A stretch of 63,309 bases of DNA, the filler included, from Sanchytrium tribonematis (lineage: Eukaryota), in assembly GCA_018985235.1 (NCBI GenBank). It is 20 parts of 20 records of this genome, joined end to end, with 100 filler letters (N's around TTAATTAATTAA, not from the genome) between each part and the next. Parts side by side here need not be neighbours in the genome. Positions count along the whole stretch, not along the records: positions 1 to 2,279 come from JADGIG010001083.1; positions 2,380 to 4,650 come from JADGIG010001084.1; positions 4,751 to 7,018 come from JADGIG010001085.1; positions 7,119 to 9,374 come from JADGIG010001086.1; positions 9,475 to 11,729 come from JADGIG010001087.1; 15 more parts are not named here. One strand, written 5' to 3'. This document shows positions 1 through 11,310 of this stretch, in pieces. Below the pieces are notes generated by a model, which was not told the DNA's origin, did not search any database, and worked only from the letters and a program-made list of their open reading frames with translations. Every line of letters begins with the position of its first letter. The stretch's first letter is position 1. A program made the position numbers and the translations under genes.

Positions 1-8
1 AGGCGAGT

Positions 9-2168
9 ATGTCAATTAATGAAATTTGGAACTCATTTTCGACCGAGATAGTACAAGCTGGTGCCAAAATACTCGGCACTAGAGATATAATCAATGACTC
101 ATTCATCACTGATGTCGATGCTCGTATTTCCTTAATTGGTGCTCAAAGAAGTAAACTGCGCAAACAAATGAATAAATCAACTACCAAGGAAGGGAAGAAA
201 ATACTCATAAGAAAGAAGATTAGAGAATTGGAATCTAAAATGAAGAAAATCAAGGTAAATGATGATAAATTGAAATTTAAGAAATATCTTGAAAATGTTG
301 ATGAGGGATCAAATAAGTGCTTTATTGAATTATGCCGTTTAAGGAGAGATACTAAAAGTAATAGCGGAATAAAATGCGACCTAGAATCGACACTCGCATA
401 CCAGAGAGAGCATTTTGCCAGTGATTCTATTCCAATCAATGAGTGGCCAACTCTGAAATATGAACATAATTCTGATATCTTAAGGACTGCACTACAGACA
501 TTCAACCTAGATACAATCAAATCAACATTTAAACATACAAATATAACAAAAATCTCTGGTGATCAAGTACCTGCCATTGTCTACAAAAAGCTGCCAGATA
601 TTGGTTATATTGTACTTCAGCATCTCTTGACACGATGTTATCTTGATAATTCACTGCCGGATTCCTGGCAAGTAAGTACAGTTGTGGAGCTATTCAAGAG
701 CGGCAATATCGAGGATCCCTCAAGATATCGCCCTATAAATTTGATTTCAGTGGCCTTTAAAGCATATCAACAAATTTTGTATCATGTAAGGTATAGATTT
801 CTCATCTTCCCCTCTCTTCGCCAGCATGGATTTGTTGGTAAAAGAAGCACATCTTCACAAATCCAATCCGTGTTACAAAAATTATCAAAATATAATTCTA
901 AAAGTAGCTTTGCATATGGCCTGGCTCTTGATTTGAGCTCTGCATTTGATTTAATGGTTCATCATGACATATTTCAGTATTTGCTTCCAATTCTTGACTC
1001 CCATGACATGAATGTGCTCAGAAATATTATTTGTGGGCAAAAATTTAAACTAAGACGAGATAACAGTAACATTATAATCAAGTATGGAAGAGGCACCCCT
1101 CAGGGTGGTACGCTTTCTCCCATGCTTTTCGCATTTATAATGGACAAGATTTTACAAACCATTCCAAACTCCCCAGATTATTCGATACACGTCTACGCAG
1201 ACGATATTTTGATCTTGAGTGGCTCAAATGATATTTTAATCAATATTGCCACCCAAGTGATTGATTTGCTACAATTACATGGATTTATTCCCAATCCTTC
1301 AAAATTTCAATTTATTTCAAATAATCCAGATATTTCTCAAATTTCTATTAATGATGATATATTAGTACATTCTAGCCCTAATATGAAGTATTTAGGCATA
1401 TTTATATCAGCTACAGGCATTGATTACGAGGCAGATGTCACAAGCAAATTGAAGAAAGTTGAATTTGCAATTAAGAAAATCGCGTGGACCAAGTCATATC
1501 TATGCTTTAAAAATGCATTCAAGCAATTTTATCAGTGTGTAGTATGTCCCATATACACCTATAATATTGAAAATTACAATAATGAAGGAATTGCCAGACT
1601 AGAAGAACATCGGATTAAAATCATCAAGCAGATTCACAGCAACAAATATAGATATTTTCAATACATTAATAATTATTTGACAATGGATAATATTCGTAGC
1701 TGCAAGCTGATTGCATTTAATAGACAACTGGAGAATCTTGGGATGGAATGCTTGCCGGTGCAGTTCAGTCGTAAAAAGGATATAATCGAGTCTAATTTAC
1801 ATGAAATGGGTAATATTTGGGATCAACAGCCATCAGATTTTCGTGCATCTCATTTTAAATCTAATTCTCGAATTCTCCAGATTGCAAGAAAAAAGAATAA
1901 TCCAAAGCATTTGCAAATACTTTACGATTCATTTCTATCAGGAACATTACCATTTAAACCAAATAAGAGAAATAAGGTTATCTGTGTGAAATGTAATAGG
2001 CCTTTTTCTAATTTGGACCACTTTGCGAATGAATGTGCAGATGAAGATGTGGAATTTATTACTAGAGAATGGATTTACAAGAATTTAAATAGCAACTCGA
2101 AGAGTAGAATAATCAAGACATTAAAACTTATTCGTGATAGTGCTCGTGTCATTAGATTGGCTGCCTAG
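9..2168 (+). mobile_element. Non-LTR retrotransposon ORF: reverse transcriptase plus C-terminal CCHC-type zinc knuckle; probably 5'-truncated by the window edge
   Basis: RT motifs YRPINL, QHGF, LDLSSAFD, GTPQGGTLSPMLF, YADD, KYLGI. C-terminal CVKC-x8-H-x4-C. No endonuclease visible in the window. Confidence 0.93.
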
Positions 2169-2279
2169 GTGGTTACTGGGGATGCCCTGGAATGCAAAAT
2201 TTTATTTGCTATTATTCTGTTGCAATCTTCTCAATAAATTATATTATTACTCCCAATATGATTATTTACTTCATCACTA

Positions 2280-2379
2280 NNNNNNNNNNNNNNNNNNNNN
2301 NNNNNNNNNNNNNNNNNNNNNNNTTAATTAATTAANNNNNNNNNNNNNNNNNNNNNNNNNNNNNNNNNNNNNNNNNNNN
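2280..2379. other. Artificial contig spacer, first of 19. Others start at 4651, 7019, 9375, 11730, 30734, 33088, 35441, 37790, 40135, 42468, 44796, 47120, 49439, 51756, 54071, 56382, 58693, 61003
   Basis: Identical 100-nt N44-TTAATTAATTAA-N44 blocks that place stops in all six frames. Confidence 0.99.
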
Positions 2380-2497
2380 TATGTGTTAATAAATCAATAT
2401 ACGCTTTTCCGATTATAACTTTGTGACACATTTTTGCTTCTTTTTGCTTGCAAAAATAAATTCATTTTATTCAACGTGTTGTGCATAACGTATTTAC

Positions 2498-2585
2498 TTG
2501 AATAGAAGGACTACACTATAACTTACAATAGAACAAAAATAGGTCCAAATATCGAAACAATAGAATAGGTAGTCCTTCTATTCAA
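2498..2585. repeat. 17-bp perfect inverted repeat with 54-bp spacer (MITE-like hairpin)
   Basis: TTGAATAGAAGGACTAC at 2498-2514 and its reverse complement GTAGTCCTTCTATTCAA at 2569-2585. Confidence 0.8.
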
Positions 2586-3027
2586 ATACAATGATTAGCT
2601 TTTTAAAACTAGGTAATAAAAAGGCAAAGTCAATATTATTTATTATAATACTTTGATTGGTACTGCAAGACTTTGTAATAAAACTAAAGCATGTGTCAGA
2701 CTTTGTATTTCTATTTAAGTGAACAGATTCTTTTAGTTTAACAATATTTATAAATTATATTAACAAAACCAACCAGAAAGAAGACAACAAATAGCAAAGA
2801 TTTCAGGATAATGACAATAATCGCATTAAATTAGGTTTGTGTTAGATATCTCAAATCTCAAGTGAAAATTATAGACCGTAATAGTCGCAGGTCATGGCGG
2901 ATGAGTGTTCAAATGCAGATCCTCAACGTATGTAGATACTCAATTTCGTGTTCCTTTTAAATTAATTGTTATGTTGTTCAATTTCAAACTTTATTTATTT
3001 ATTTTATTTGTTTCTTTCTTTTGTCAC

Positions 3028-3903
3028 TCATTGTCTATACTTTTGACAGTACTTATCATGATCTTCACCATAATCCAAACACAATCCATGACCTCTCACA
3101 CCACATCTACCACACTGGTGCCATTGTGTTGTTAACATTGGAGCGTTACATTCAATGCAAAGTATATCAACTTCCTTTACATCAACTGTAGCATGCTCAT
3201 ACATGCTTTTAAACATCTCAAAATGTTCATGAATTTCTATATTAAAACTAAGTTCCCAATTCCATCACCACTGATTCCACAACATCATCTGCTTCTAAAT
3301 CAACTACACAAGTTTCATAGCCCTCTTCTTCATTGTCATCAATATCATATTTAATATCAAAGTGTCTTGTTGGTACAATATTAGACCCGTCTACTGCCCA
3401 TGTAACTAAAAACAATTGACCAATTCTACCATGCTTTGAAATGAACCAGTCTTCAGCATCTAATCCAAAACCGCAAATATCCGCTGCTTTTTTTAACAAA
3501 TTGGTTGTAATCTTACTTTGAGCACTGTTAATCCACTGTGTGACTTCATCTTTACTTGGTGCTTTTGGAGTACCATATCTAGTGTATAATACACGATCAC
3601 TATTCTTCCATTCCTGGATATACGCAGACAAATGAGATTTAAGTGAACGAAACAAACAAACATCAGCTGCTTGACAGTAACTAGTTAAACCTCCTGGGAT
3701 GATAATTAAACGAATATTGCGCTTTAGACAATGTGTTTTTACCAATTTAGATCGATGAGATGGAGCAAAGTAGAGGTGGAGTACTTTCCTGGATATTTAA
3801 TTATGAACTCGTTGACTCCCTGATTTTTGGACAGTGTACCACTCTCATAAAAGTTAATAAAACGTATATTGTCTGCTAATGTGAACTGTGTTCTTCTTTT
3901 CAT
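3028..3903 (-). pseudogene. Internally deleted pogo/Tc5-like (DDE_1) transposase with a C-terminal PHD-like zinc finger
   Basis: MKRRTQFTLADNIRFI (CENP-B/psq HTH-like start) at 3903, then a frameshift into APSHRSKLVK...IIPGGLTSYCQAADV (DDE_1 motif). Downstream C-x2-C...W-x2-C-x2-C-x4-H-x2-C segment at 3028-3216. Confidence 0.8.
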
Positions 3904-3989
3904 TTCAAGGGGTTACTCCACTATATCGAATAAACTAGAATATTGAAATCATTTATTATAATAGAGTAGTCTATTGTATTTGAAGCCTA

Positions 3990-4385
3990 TATCACTCAAT
4001 TCAAAGTGTCAAGTTTTAAATCAATCAAGCAAATACATCTCAAATTGGGATTCTGAACCAGTTGTCACATCTGCTGGTACACCCTGGACACAAAATAATT
4101 CTCAAAGTTTCAGAAACTCTCCATTTTTGAACACTTGCTATTTATTGACCATTCTGGTGCAGTAAACCATATATTCCGTGTATTAAAGCATCATAGATTC
4201 ACGAATAAGAAATCTCAATGACAATCAAACTCACAAGAGTCTTCTGCTCAACATAATATTCTCGGACAATCTCAGTAATCTTTCTCCAAATTCCTCAACA
4301 GATTCTCCAATTTCCATCTTGGTAGGCCAAAAATCTTTCAACACTTGCTCAAAATTGTGTTGATCATTCTGTTTCCTCGTTCTGC
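3990..4385 (-). pseudogene. Highly decayed LTR-retrotransposon fragments (gag-like and integrase-like)
   Basis: Manual minus-strand translation gives KMEIGESVEEFGERLLRLSE (gag-like) and FCVQGVPADVTTGSESQF (resembles integrase GxPxxxxSDNGxQF), with stops. Confidence 0.45.
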
Positions 4386-4812
4386 ATGGAGGTTCTAATT
4401 ACTTTGTTTTAAATTTGGTATTACAAAGAATACAAACAAAAGTAACACAAAAAATGTAATGCAAATCATTTACAATTGTTAACCCAGTTTGTCCCACTCA
4501 AATTTGAAGTCAATAATGTTTATTAGTACTTAATCCACTGCCTATATCTTCTGTGTATCTCTCTTATTCTATCGGGCATACTTGCCAATAATTTATGGTG
4601 GTAATCATAATTTTTCTTTATCTTTTGGGAAGGGTTTTAAATACGGCAACNNNNNNNNNNNNNNNNNNNNNNNNNNNNNNNNNNNNNNNNNNNNTTAATT
4701 AATTAANNNNNNNNNNNNNNNNNNNNNNNNNNNNNNNNNNNNNNNNNNNNAGCGAGTTCAAACATGTTGGGTGTTTGAGGGAGCATTTGGCGAAGATACA
4801 ATTTTGATTTAT

Positions 4813-5232
4813 TTACCAGTAAGCTGGAGGTGGTGCATCGCCAGATTCATCTGCTGTAGGTGGAATGCCCTGTCCTCCCAAAGTATCAGTAGTCTCAGTG
4901 AGAGTGGCTGTGTCTCCTAAATTGGTCACTTCTGTTGATTGACCTCCATCTTCTGATCCAGTGTCAACTGTCCCTGCGTTAGATACGGTGTATGGTGTTA
5001 CTTCTTCAGTAGAAGTGTCTACTCCACCTTTTTTGCCTTTCTTGCTTTTCTTTCCTTTCCTTGACTTTTTGGCTTTTTTCTGTTTTTTGGGTTGTTTCGT
5101 TCCTTTGTTTCCAGAACCATGTGCCTTTATAGCTGATTTTCCATGTGATTTGCCAGTCGAAACTGTCCCTTTGGTGGACCCATAAGCATTTGTTGGGAAT
5201 GCAGCAACAAGAACAAGTAGAATCCAGATCAT
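4813..5232 (-). CDS. Secreted low-complexity protein (Lys-rich then Thr/Asp-rich)
   Basis: 139 aa; hydrophobic N-terminus MIWILLVLVAA; TATAAATAG 33 nt upstream; TAAATAAA at the stop. Confidence 0.75.
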   Translation of the reverse strand: MIWILLVLVAAFPTNAYGSTKGTVSTGKSHGKSAIKAHGSGNKGTKQPKKQKKAKKSRKGKKSKKGKKGGVDTSTEEVTPYTVSNAGTVDTGSEDGGQSTEVTNLGDTATLTETTDTLGGQGIPPTADESGDAPPPAYW

Positions 5233-5462
5233 GATATACCTAAATGGGAAATCAACCTATTTATAGTCCCTTACATAGCAAAGGCCACTTGTGATACCTT
5301 TGCAAATGAAATCCGACACCAATCAAATTCTTAAAAAGTCATTTACAAGCTGCAAGTCACATACAAGTGGCTGCAGCACCATTTACGGTTAAATAAATTG
5401 ATGCTTGATTGAATCAACTATGCCCATCTCTATCTTCTCTTCATGTCAAAATGGGATCAAAC

Positions 5463-6176
5463 ATGTCTCGATTCACTCCTCTTAATCAAGTGAAATTATC
5501 CAATGTCAGCATCGTGAGATTGAAAAAAGGCGGTAAACGATTCGAATTAGCCTGTTATAAGAACAAAATAACAGATTATAGAAATGGTCTAGATACCAAT
5601 TTAGATAATATTTTACAAATTGATCAAATATTCATGAATGTCAGCAAAGGATTAGTCGCAAATCAAAAAGATTTATCTATATTCAACAAACCACAAGATC
5701 AAATCATCATGGAGATATTAACAAAGGGAGATATCCAATTAGGCGAATTAGAAAGAAAAGATCAATATTCTCAAATAGAGAAAGAAATAGCCCATTGGAT
5801 CACTGAAAATACAGTCCATCCTTCCACCAATAAGCCATATTCATTAGGCATTATTGAGAAATCCATTAAACAAGTTCATTTTAGCATTAATATTCATAAA
5901 AATACAAAACAGCAAGCCATTGAAGTTTTGAAATTAATTCAAAATGAGAATGTATTAGAAATCACCAGAGTGCAATTAAAAGTGCGTGTCACACTACCAC
6001 ATAAATATAAGCAAATTTATACAGATATTAAAGCATTTATCCAAATTGAAGAAGAATCACTAGAAGATGAATTGGAAGTATTTGGGAGTATTGAGCCAAA
6101 TGCATATAAGCAAATACAAGATATGATGAAGCAGACTAAAGGAAAAGGGCGTGTTGAATTGGTAACTGTGAAATAA
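5463..6176 (+). CDS. SDO1: Ribosome maturation factor SBDS/Sdo1
   Basis: FTPLNQVKLSNVSIVRLKKGGKRFELACYKNK and IFMNVSKG signature; start placed at the conserved MSRFTP. Confidence 0.96.
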   Translation: MSRFTPLNQVKLSNVSIVRLKKGGKRFELACYKNKITDYRNGLDTNLDNILQIDQIFMNVSKGLVANQKDLSIFNKPQDQIIMEILTKGDIQLGELERKDQYSQIEKEIAHWITENTVHPSTNKPYSLGIIEKSIKQVHFSINIHKNTKQQAIEVLKLIQNENVLEITRVQLKVRVTLPHKYKQIYTDIKAFIQIEEESLEDELEVFGSIEPNAYKQIQDMMKQTKGKGRVELVTVK

Positions 6177-6189
6177 ACTAATGTTTCAT

Positions 6190-6837
6190 TTATTCAGTAG
6201 GTGGATTCTCAACATCTGTGGGACCATTTTCGGGATTAGTTCTGGGTTGAGCCATAAATTCTGCAATTGTGAGGGCACCAAAGAACAATCCAATCAAGTA
6301 CAAAGTAGCATCTATTAAACCTAAAAACAAGAGTTCATCTGAATTTGCCAATGATTCATTTAAATCACATCCAGGTGTATCCATGCATCTATCGTGTTTA
6401 GTTTCATGCGTTTTGGGAAATTCAACCGTATAACTTGTCAATGCACACCCAAAAGCAAGAAATGCCAAAGTGCCCAAAATATAAAATGTTTTATCATATT
6501 TAGCATCCCTCTTCTTTAATGGCACACTTGTAGGAGAAGAGCAAGAATCCGGTAGCTTCGTAGTTACTTGGCGTGCCATTTCCCTGTAACCTTTTAATTT
6601 AGAAGGTATCAAATGAGTTGTATCCCCGCCACTGGCATATACGTGATAAAAGTATCCCATCAATTCACTCACTCTTGATTTAATCACTGCAGTAATGGGC
6701 ATCTTTGAAAGAAGTCGAATATCTTGTCTTTTTTTAATACCTTGTATCAATTTCAAGAGTTCCATCTGCAAGTCATTCCGTTGTTGTTGTCCCAAGGTCA
6801 ATACGCCCAATGTCAATGTCAAAAGAATCAATTTCAT
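6190..6837 (-). CDS. Signal-peptide protein with an LKKR dibasic site followed by two hydrophobic segments
   Basis: MKLILLTLTLG start at 6837; PLKKRDAK; two TM-like stretches. Confidence 0.7.
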   Translation of the reverse strand: MKLILLTLTLGVLTLGQQQRNDLQMELLKLIQGIKKRQDIRLLSKMPITAVIKSRVSELMGYFYHVYASGGDTTHLIPSKLKGYREMARQVTTKLPDSCSSPTSVPLKKRDAKYDKTFYILGTLAFLAFGCALTSYTVEFPKTHETKHDRCMDTPGCDLNESLANSDELLFLGLIDATLYLIGLFFGALTIAEFMAQPRTNPENGPTDVENPPTE

Positions 6838-7118
6838 AGTGACCCCTTGCATGTTGTCATTGATGATGCCATAATGCCCCTTCTGCCAAACTTTTTTAAA
6901 CATACGGAGGCACGTGCAAATACTACAGAGCTGTAATAAATAGTCATTTGGCATTTTTATTGATTACATAAATTTGAAATCATTGGTTATTCAATACCCA
7001 AATTGAAACTTGCCCAAANNNNNNNNNNNNNNNNNNNNNNNNNNNNNNNNNNNNNNNNNNNNTTAATTAATTAANNNNNNNNNNNNNNNNNNNNNNNNNN
7101 NNNNNNNNNNNNNNNNNN

Positions 7119-7986
7119 AAAGCAAGTCCATGCAATAACTTGTAAATCACTTGTAAATCATTTTCAATTCATTTGAGTTTGATTGTTTTTATGGTGTGAG
7201 TTGACAAATGCAAGTGAAAAATTAATTTAATGGAATGGTTGATTGGTGAAATAGGATAAAGTTGTTTGTCAAGTAGATTGCCATGTAAATAACACCAATA
7301 AGTGATTCTGTGCAGTGCGAATTGAAAAATGACTTGAAATGGTCCCACAAATTAAAACCATGTTGCGATTAAAACCATAATTCCATTAATTATTGAAATC
7401 AATACATGTGCCATTGCGACAATTAGACAAGGCGAGTTCTTTTTCAATACCCAAAACATTTATTTACAATTTTGTATCAAATGATTTAAAACAGTCATAA
7501 GTCGCAGCAATACTACAATAAGGACCCTTTCGTTTCTTTTGTACACAAGCATACAATTTAGGTGCAAGACAATTTCCCAAATCTTCACGATCTTTTGCAG
7601 TCAGTCTTCCCGCTTTTGAATTGGGAGGATATTTTTGAGTACAAAGTTCAATAGTAAATGCTTCACATTTTACTTTGGGTGTCCAACCTTGTTTCTTAAT
7701 ACATTTCAGATGCTTGCTTTGGTTAACAATACAAATAGCCAAGTTTTGCAATCCAGTTTTCTTTAATTCAACAAGTGCTTTTGATTCACTTGCCAATACC
7801 ACATCTTTTGCAAATAAAATCATCATCATGAATACAACCATTGTTTTCAATGGAATTTCTCTCCTTTTATGTCACTGTTTAGCCCATACAAGCACGTCAT
7901 TAATTTATAATAGCAATTGATTCGTGTCAATCCACTGGATGTCACTGCTTGCAAGTGATTTACAAGTTATTGCATGGACTTGCTTT
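7119..7986. repeat. 35-bp perfect inverted repeat pair (7119-7153 and 7952-7986) bracketing a small secreted-protein gene
   Basis: AAAGCAAGTCCATGCAATAACTTGTAAATCACTTG and its exact reverse complement; the left copy starts at the contig end. Confidence 0.9.
7464..7841 (-). CDS. Small secreted Cys-rich protein with two 4-Cys repeats (paralog 1)
   Basis: Hydrophobic N-terminus MVVFMMMILFA; 8 Cys; CATAAAAG 30 nt upstream of the ATG. Confidence 0.8.
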   Translation of the reverse strand: MVVFMMMILFAKDVVLASESKALVELKKTGLQNLAICIVNQSKHLKCIKKQGWTPKVKCEAFTIELCTQKYPPNSKAGRLTAKDREDLGNCLAPKLYACVQKKRKGPYCSIAATYDCFKSFDTKL

Positions 7987-8081
7987 TAATTTAACTGATG
8001 GTTGATTTGAATACAAGAAATAGACCAAGGAAGCTGCAAAATGGATGTAAACTTGATGTAAACTTGATTTATTTTATCAAT

Positions 8082-8411
8082 TTAATTTGGATTCGTTTTC
8101 TCTTTGTTGTACACAATTAAAAAACAATCATAAGTCACATCAGATAAACAGTTGCTATTGTTACATTCTCTCGATTTTATGCTTTTTTCGATGCATGAAC
8201 TTACTGTACTTACATCTTTTAGTGTCATTTTAAGAGCCACTGGAGCTTTAAAACATGTGTTATAAGCTTTCACTTCACACTTTACTAAATTTATGTTGTA
8301 GCAACCCATTTTTTTACTGTACCTTTCCATGCAACTGGCTACAGCATCAAATGCGGTGGGTTGATCAGATGTTGGAACAGCAAGTATGGTCAATGCAGAT
8401 AGATACATCAT
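8082..8411 (-). CDS. Small secreted Cys-rich protein with two 4-Cys repeats (paralog 2)
   Basis: MMYLSALTILA; 8 Cys; TYDCF motif shared with paralog 1. Confidence 0.8.
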   Translation of the reverse strand: MMYLSALTILAVPTSDQPTAFDAVASCMERYSKKMGCYNINLVKCEVKAYNTCFKAPVALKMTLKDVSTVSSCIEKSIKSRECNNSNCLSDVTYDCFLIVYNKEKTNPN

Positions 8412-8814
8412 TGAATAGAGGGATGCTATCCCCTTTTATGTTGTAATTTAGTAGATGCAAACACCATTTTAATTTATTTACCCATTTGATTGGTCAAAAT
8501 GGCTTGCAAATTCATTAATATCCTTGTGATTTAATACCCAAGGATATTGAAATGAAATGAAATCTAGGAAAAGTAGTCATTACTAATTATTTTATTTCCA
8601 TCAAAGTCAGAAATAATACATTTGGATTGTTGTAAAATATTTATTGCAACCAATTATGACATATATTTAAGATAGCAATTAAAGACGACAGAGTCAATTC
8701 TCTATTTTCTATTTCTTGCAAGCAAATTCATTCAAGTCTGCCAATCAAATAAATTATTCATTAGAATATACCCAGTCAAATTGTCTGATTTTTAAGTATC
8801 TGCTTGTCCATTTA

Positions 8815-9138
8815 TTAATTTTGATATTTTGACAGACAATTATACGCTGTTGAAACCCAACAATCACGGGTAGTTTTGCCATTTTTTAAACATCTTTGAT
8901 AATTGCGATTGGATGTACTGGTGCATTGATTGACGATTTTCAATGCTTGAGGTGGTAATTTGATTTTTGATACTTTATTTGAGAAAAAGCAATTAGAAAT
9001 GGCATCTCCTTTGCATTGAGTTTGATCTTTATCACTATAACATTTGGATGCATGTCTTACCATGCAAGTGGCAATCATAGATAGGCCATTAGATTGATTG
9101 GGTTGAGTTGCAGCTGAAATTGAAAAAATGAAGATCAT
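8815..9138 (-). CDS. Small secreted Cys-rich protein with two 4-Cys repeats (paralog 3)
   Basis: MIFIFSISA; 8 Cys; repeats end SNCF and AYNCL. Confidence 0.8.
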   Translation of the reverse strand: MIFIFSISAATQPNQSNGLSMIATCMVRHASKCYSDKDQTQCKGDAISNCFFSNKVSKIKLPPQALKIVNQCTSTSNRNYQRCLKNGKTTRDCWVSTAYNCLSKYQN

Positions 9139-9474
9139 TTGAGAAGAAAGAGGCAATTTCTATTATGTCTATAGTAAGCTCATCAGGCCAATCAGATGGA
9201 CTGATAATTTATATTTACCAAGTCACAGTGTCTGATATTAATCCAAAATTCAAACTTTCTTGACAATCAGATTTTTGTGTCGTGATTTTGATTATCAAAT
9301 TGAATTTATTCGGAATATCCCCATTTCTGTTTAATATTATCTTGTAATTCATTTGAATATGCTTTCATTCGATGNNNNNNNNNNNNNNNNNNNNNNNNNN
9401 NNNNNNNNNNNNNNNNNNTTAATTAATTAANNNNNNNNNNNNNNNNNNNNNNNNNNNNNNNNNNNNNNNNNNNN

Positions 9475-11105
9475 TTAGTTTGGACATCTCGAACTTCTCT
9501 TTGCTTCATTGTGTCCTCGGAGCAGTTATCAGACATCCTCCTAATTGCTTCAACCTTTTCCAAAGTCCCATCTATAGCCAAAGGCAGATTATCCATTTGA
9601 AATGATAAAGGGAAAACAGGTGGCAAACAACTTAAATGAACTCCAAACCCATAAGCGATACCCAAAATTAATTTTTCCCCGACATCAATCTGCCAGGAGA
9701 GATTAAAAATAGCATTTTTACCAGACATTCTTAATTTGAGCAGCAATTGCTGATGTAAATCGTACTCCAAAAATGGGATTAAGTCAGATATTATTCCAGC
9801 ATGAATTTCGCCTTCTCTTTCTTTCTTTTGTCGGACAACAACTGCCCAAATAAATTTCGGTGTCCCAATCATAGAATCCTGGCACGGTAAGTCTGAGGTG
9901 CTTAATATTATATCAGGAACCTCTTCAAGGCCACAAACGTAACATTTACAGAATTGCGAAGGCCAAAGGGTGTTTTTGAAAGTAGAATGATAAACTGAAC
10001 AATCAACTAGCTCGGTTTCATCTACAATGCAAGCTGTACCAGTGGCCTGAAGCAAACAAACATCATCAACAACCGAAACGAATTCCTGATATCCAGTGAC
10101 TATATTACACCTTAATGTCATCATGTGCTCTTTTACTTCTTCTCGCAGCTCCACCCACCATTGATCTCTTTCATCATCGTTGCTGAATAATTTCACTGAT
10201 TTTACAGTGATAAATCCTCCAATTTTAGCAACTTTTAAATTTGTCAAAGTTGCAAAAGGATACCTCTTTTTTGCCCCAATATCGAATGGTGACGTATTTA
10301 TAGTTGGAGAAGCTGGTACCGTATCCTCAGTCTTTATACCAGAATGTTTTGAAAGAATTTCGGAATTGAGTGACTCATCATCACTAGAAATGGTTTTTCT
10401 CCTTCTGGTCATTCTTCTAGACATTGGATCAATTATTTTGGTTAGAGTCCCAATGCCTCTTGCTGTGACAGATTGATTGTCTGGCTCAAAATCAAAGCTA
10501 AAACGGTATCCCAAAACCAGATCCGCTCCACTTTGTGATGCATATTCCCTAATCTTTTCTCTTAAGGTTGCTTCTAGTTTGTACATGTTACGCCGCCTAC
10601 TTTCATTAGATGCTCTTTGAGTTCGAAAACTGTCCGACCAATGATATTCGGAATCTTTCAAACTAACTACGAAATCTACAAGCCCTAAAACATCATAATT
10701 TATAAACGTTGGCCTAGTTAAAGATTGTATTGGTATATTGGAGATGTTCATGTCAAAAGAATTGATTTGAACATTGACCAGTATTTCACCTCTACTGCCT
10801 TCAAGACTATCCATTAAAGGAAACCATCCATTCGAATTGCAAGTAGGTACAATTGCTGTTCCTATTAAGTTGTCAGTTGTAATGGCATCCCGATCCCACA
10901 CACTTATATCAATAAAAGGAACTAGATCCTGGCTTTCCCAACGACACGCGAAATTCCATTTGGGCTCCAACGAGTGGATTGTTTGCGTTCGTTGTTCTGT
11001 ATTGTCAAATTTGACCACGCAGTAAGCATCTGAGCAATCTGTAGCTTTATCCATGATAGGCAAGTTCCGACCTTCTATGATTTTTAGTTTAAGAATCGAA
11101 GGCAT
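9475..11105 (-). CDS. C2CD5: C2 domain-containing protein 5-like, 3' end truncated by gap
   Basis: N-terminal C2 domain (LKLKIIEGRNLPIMDK..SDAYCVVKF), YHWSDSFRTQRASNESR, ERDQWWVELREEVK, ISDLIPFLEYDLHQQL. Confidence 0.88.
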
Positions 11106-11310
11106 TTTTTAAAGTACTTCAAAGAAATTGTATCAAAAAATAAATTGGCTTGTATTATAATCATCATTACATCCAAACAATTTTTGGTAATTTTGTATTC
11201 AAAGTATTTGTCTTTGGGCTTACACAATTTTCAATAAGGAACGATATCAGATAACATGATTGGATCATAGGTTTTAAAATCGACAAAACTCCTTATTTCA
11301 CCTTGCAAAG

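Noticed and set aside
9..2168. RT as a bacterial retron, group II intron or defence RT
   Set aside because: Motif set, length and C-terminal CCHC knuckle fit a eukaryotic non-LTR retrotransposon, and the context is eukaryotic.
3951..3978. TACAATAGACTACTCTATTATAATAAAT (minus strand) as the left TIR of the pogo-like element
   Set aside because: Plausible position, but no convincing inverted partner was found on the contig.
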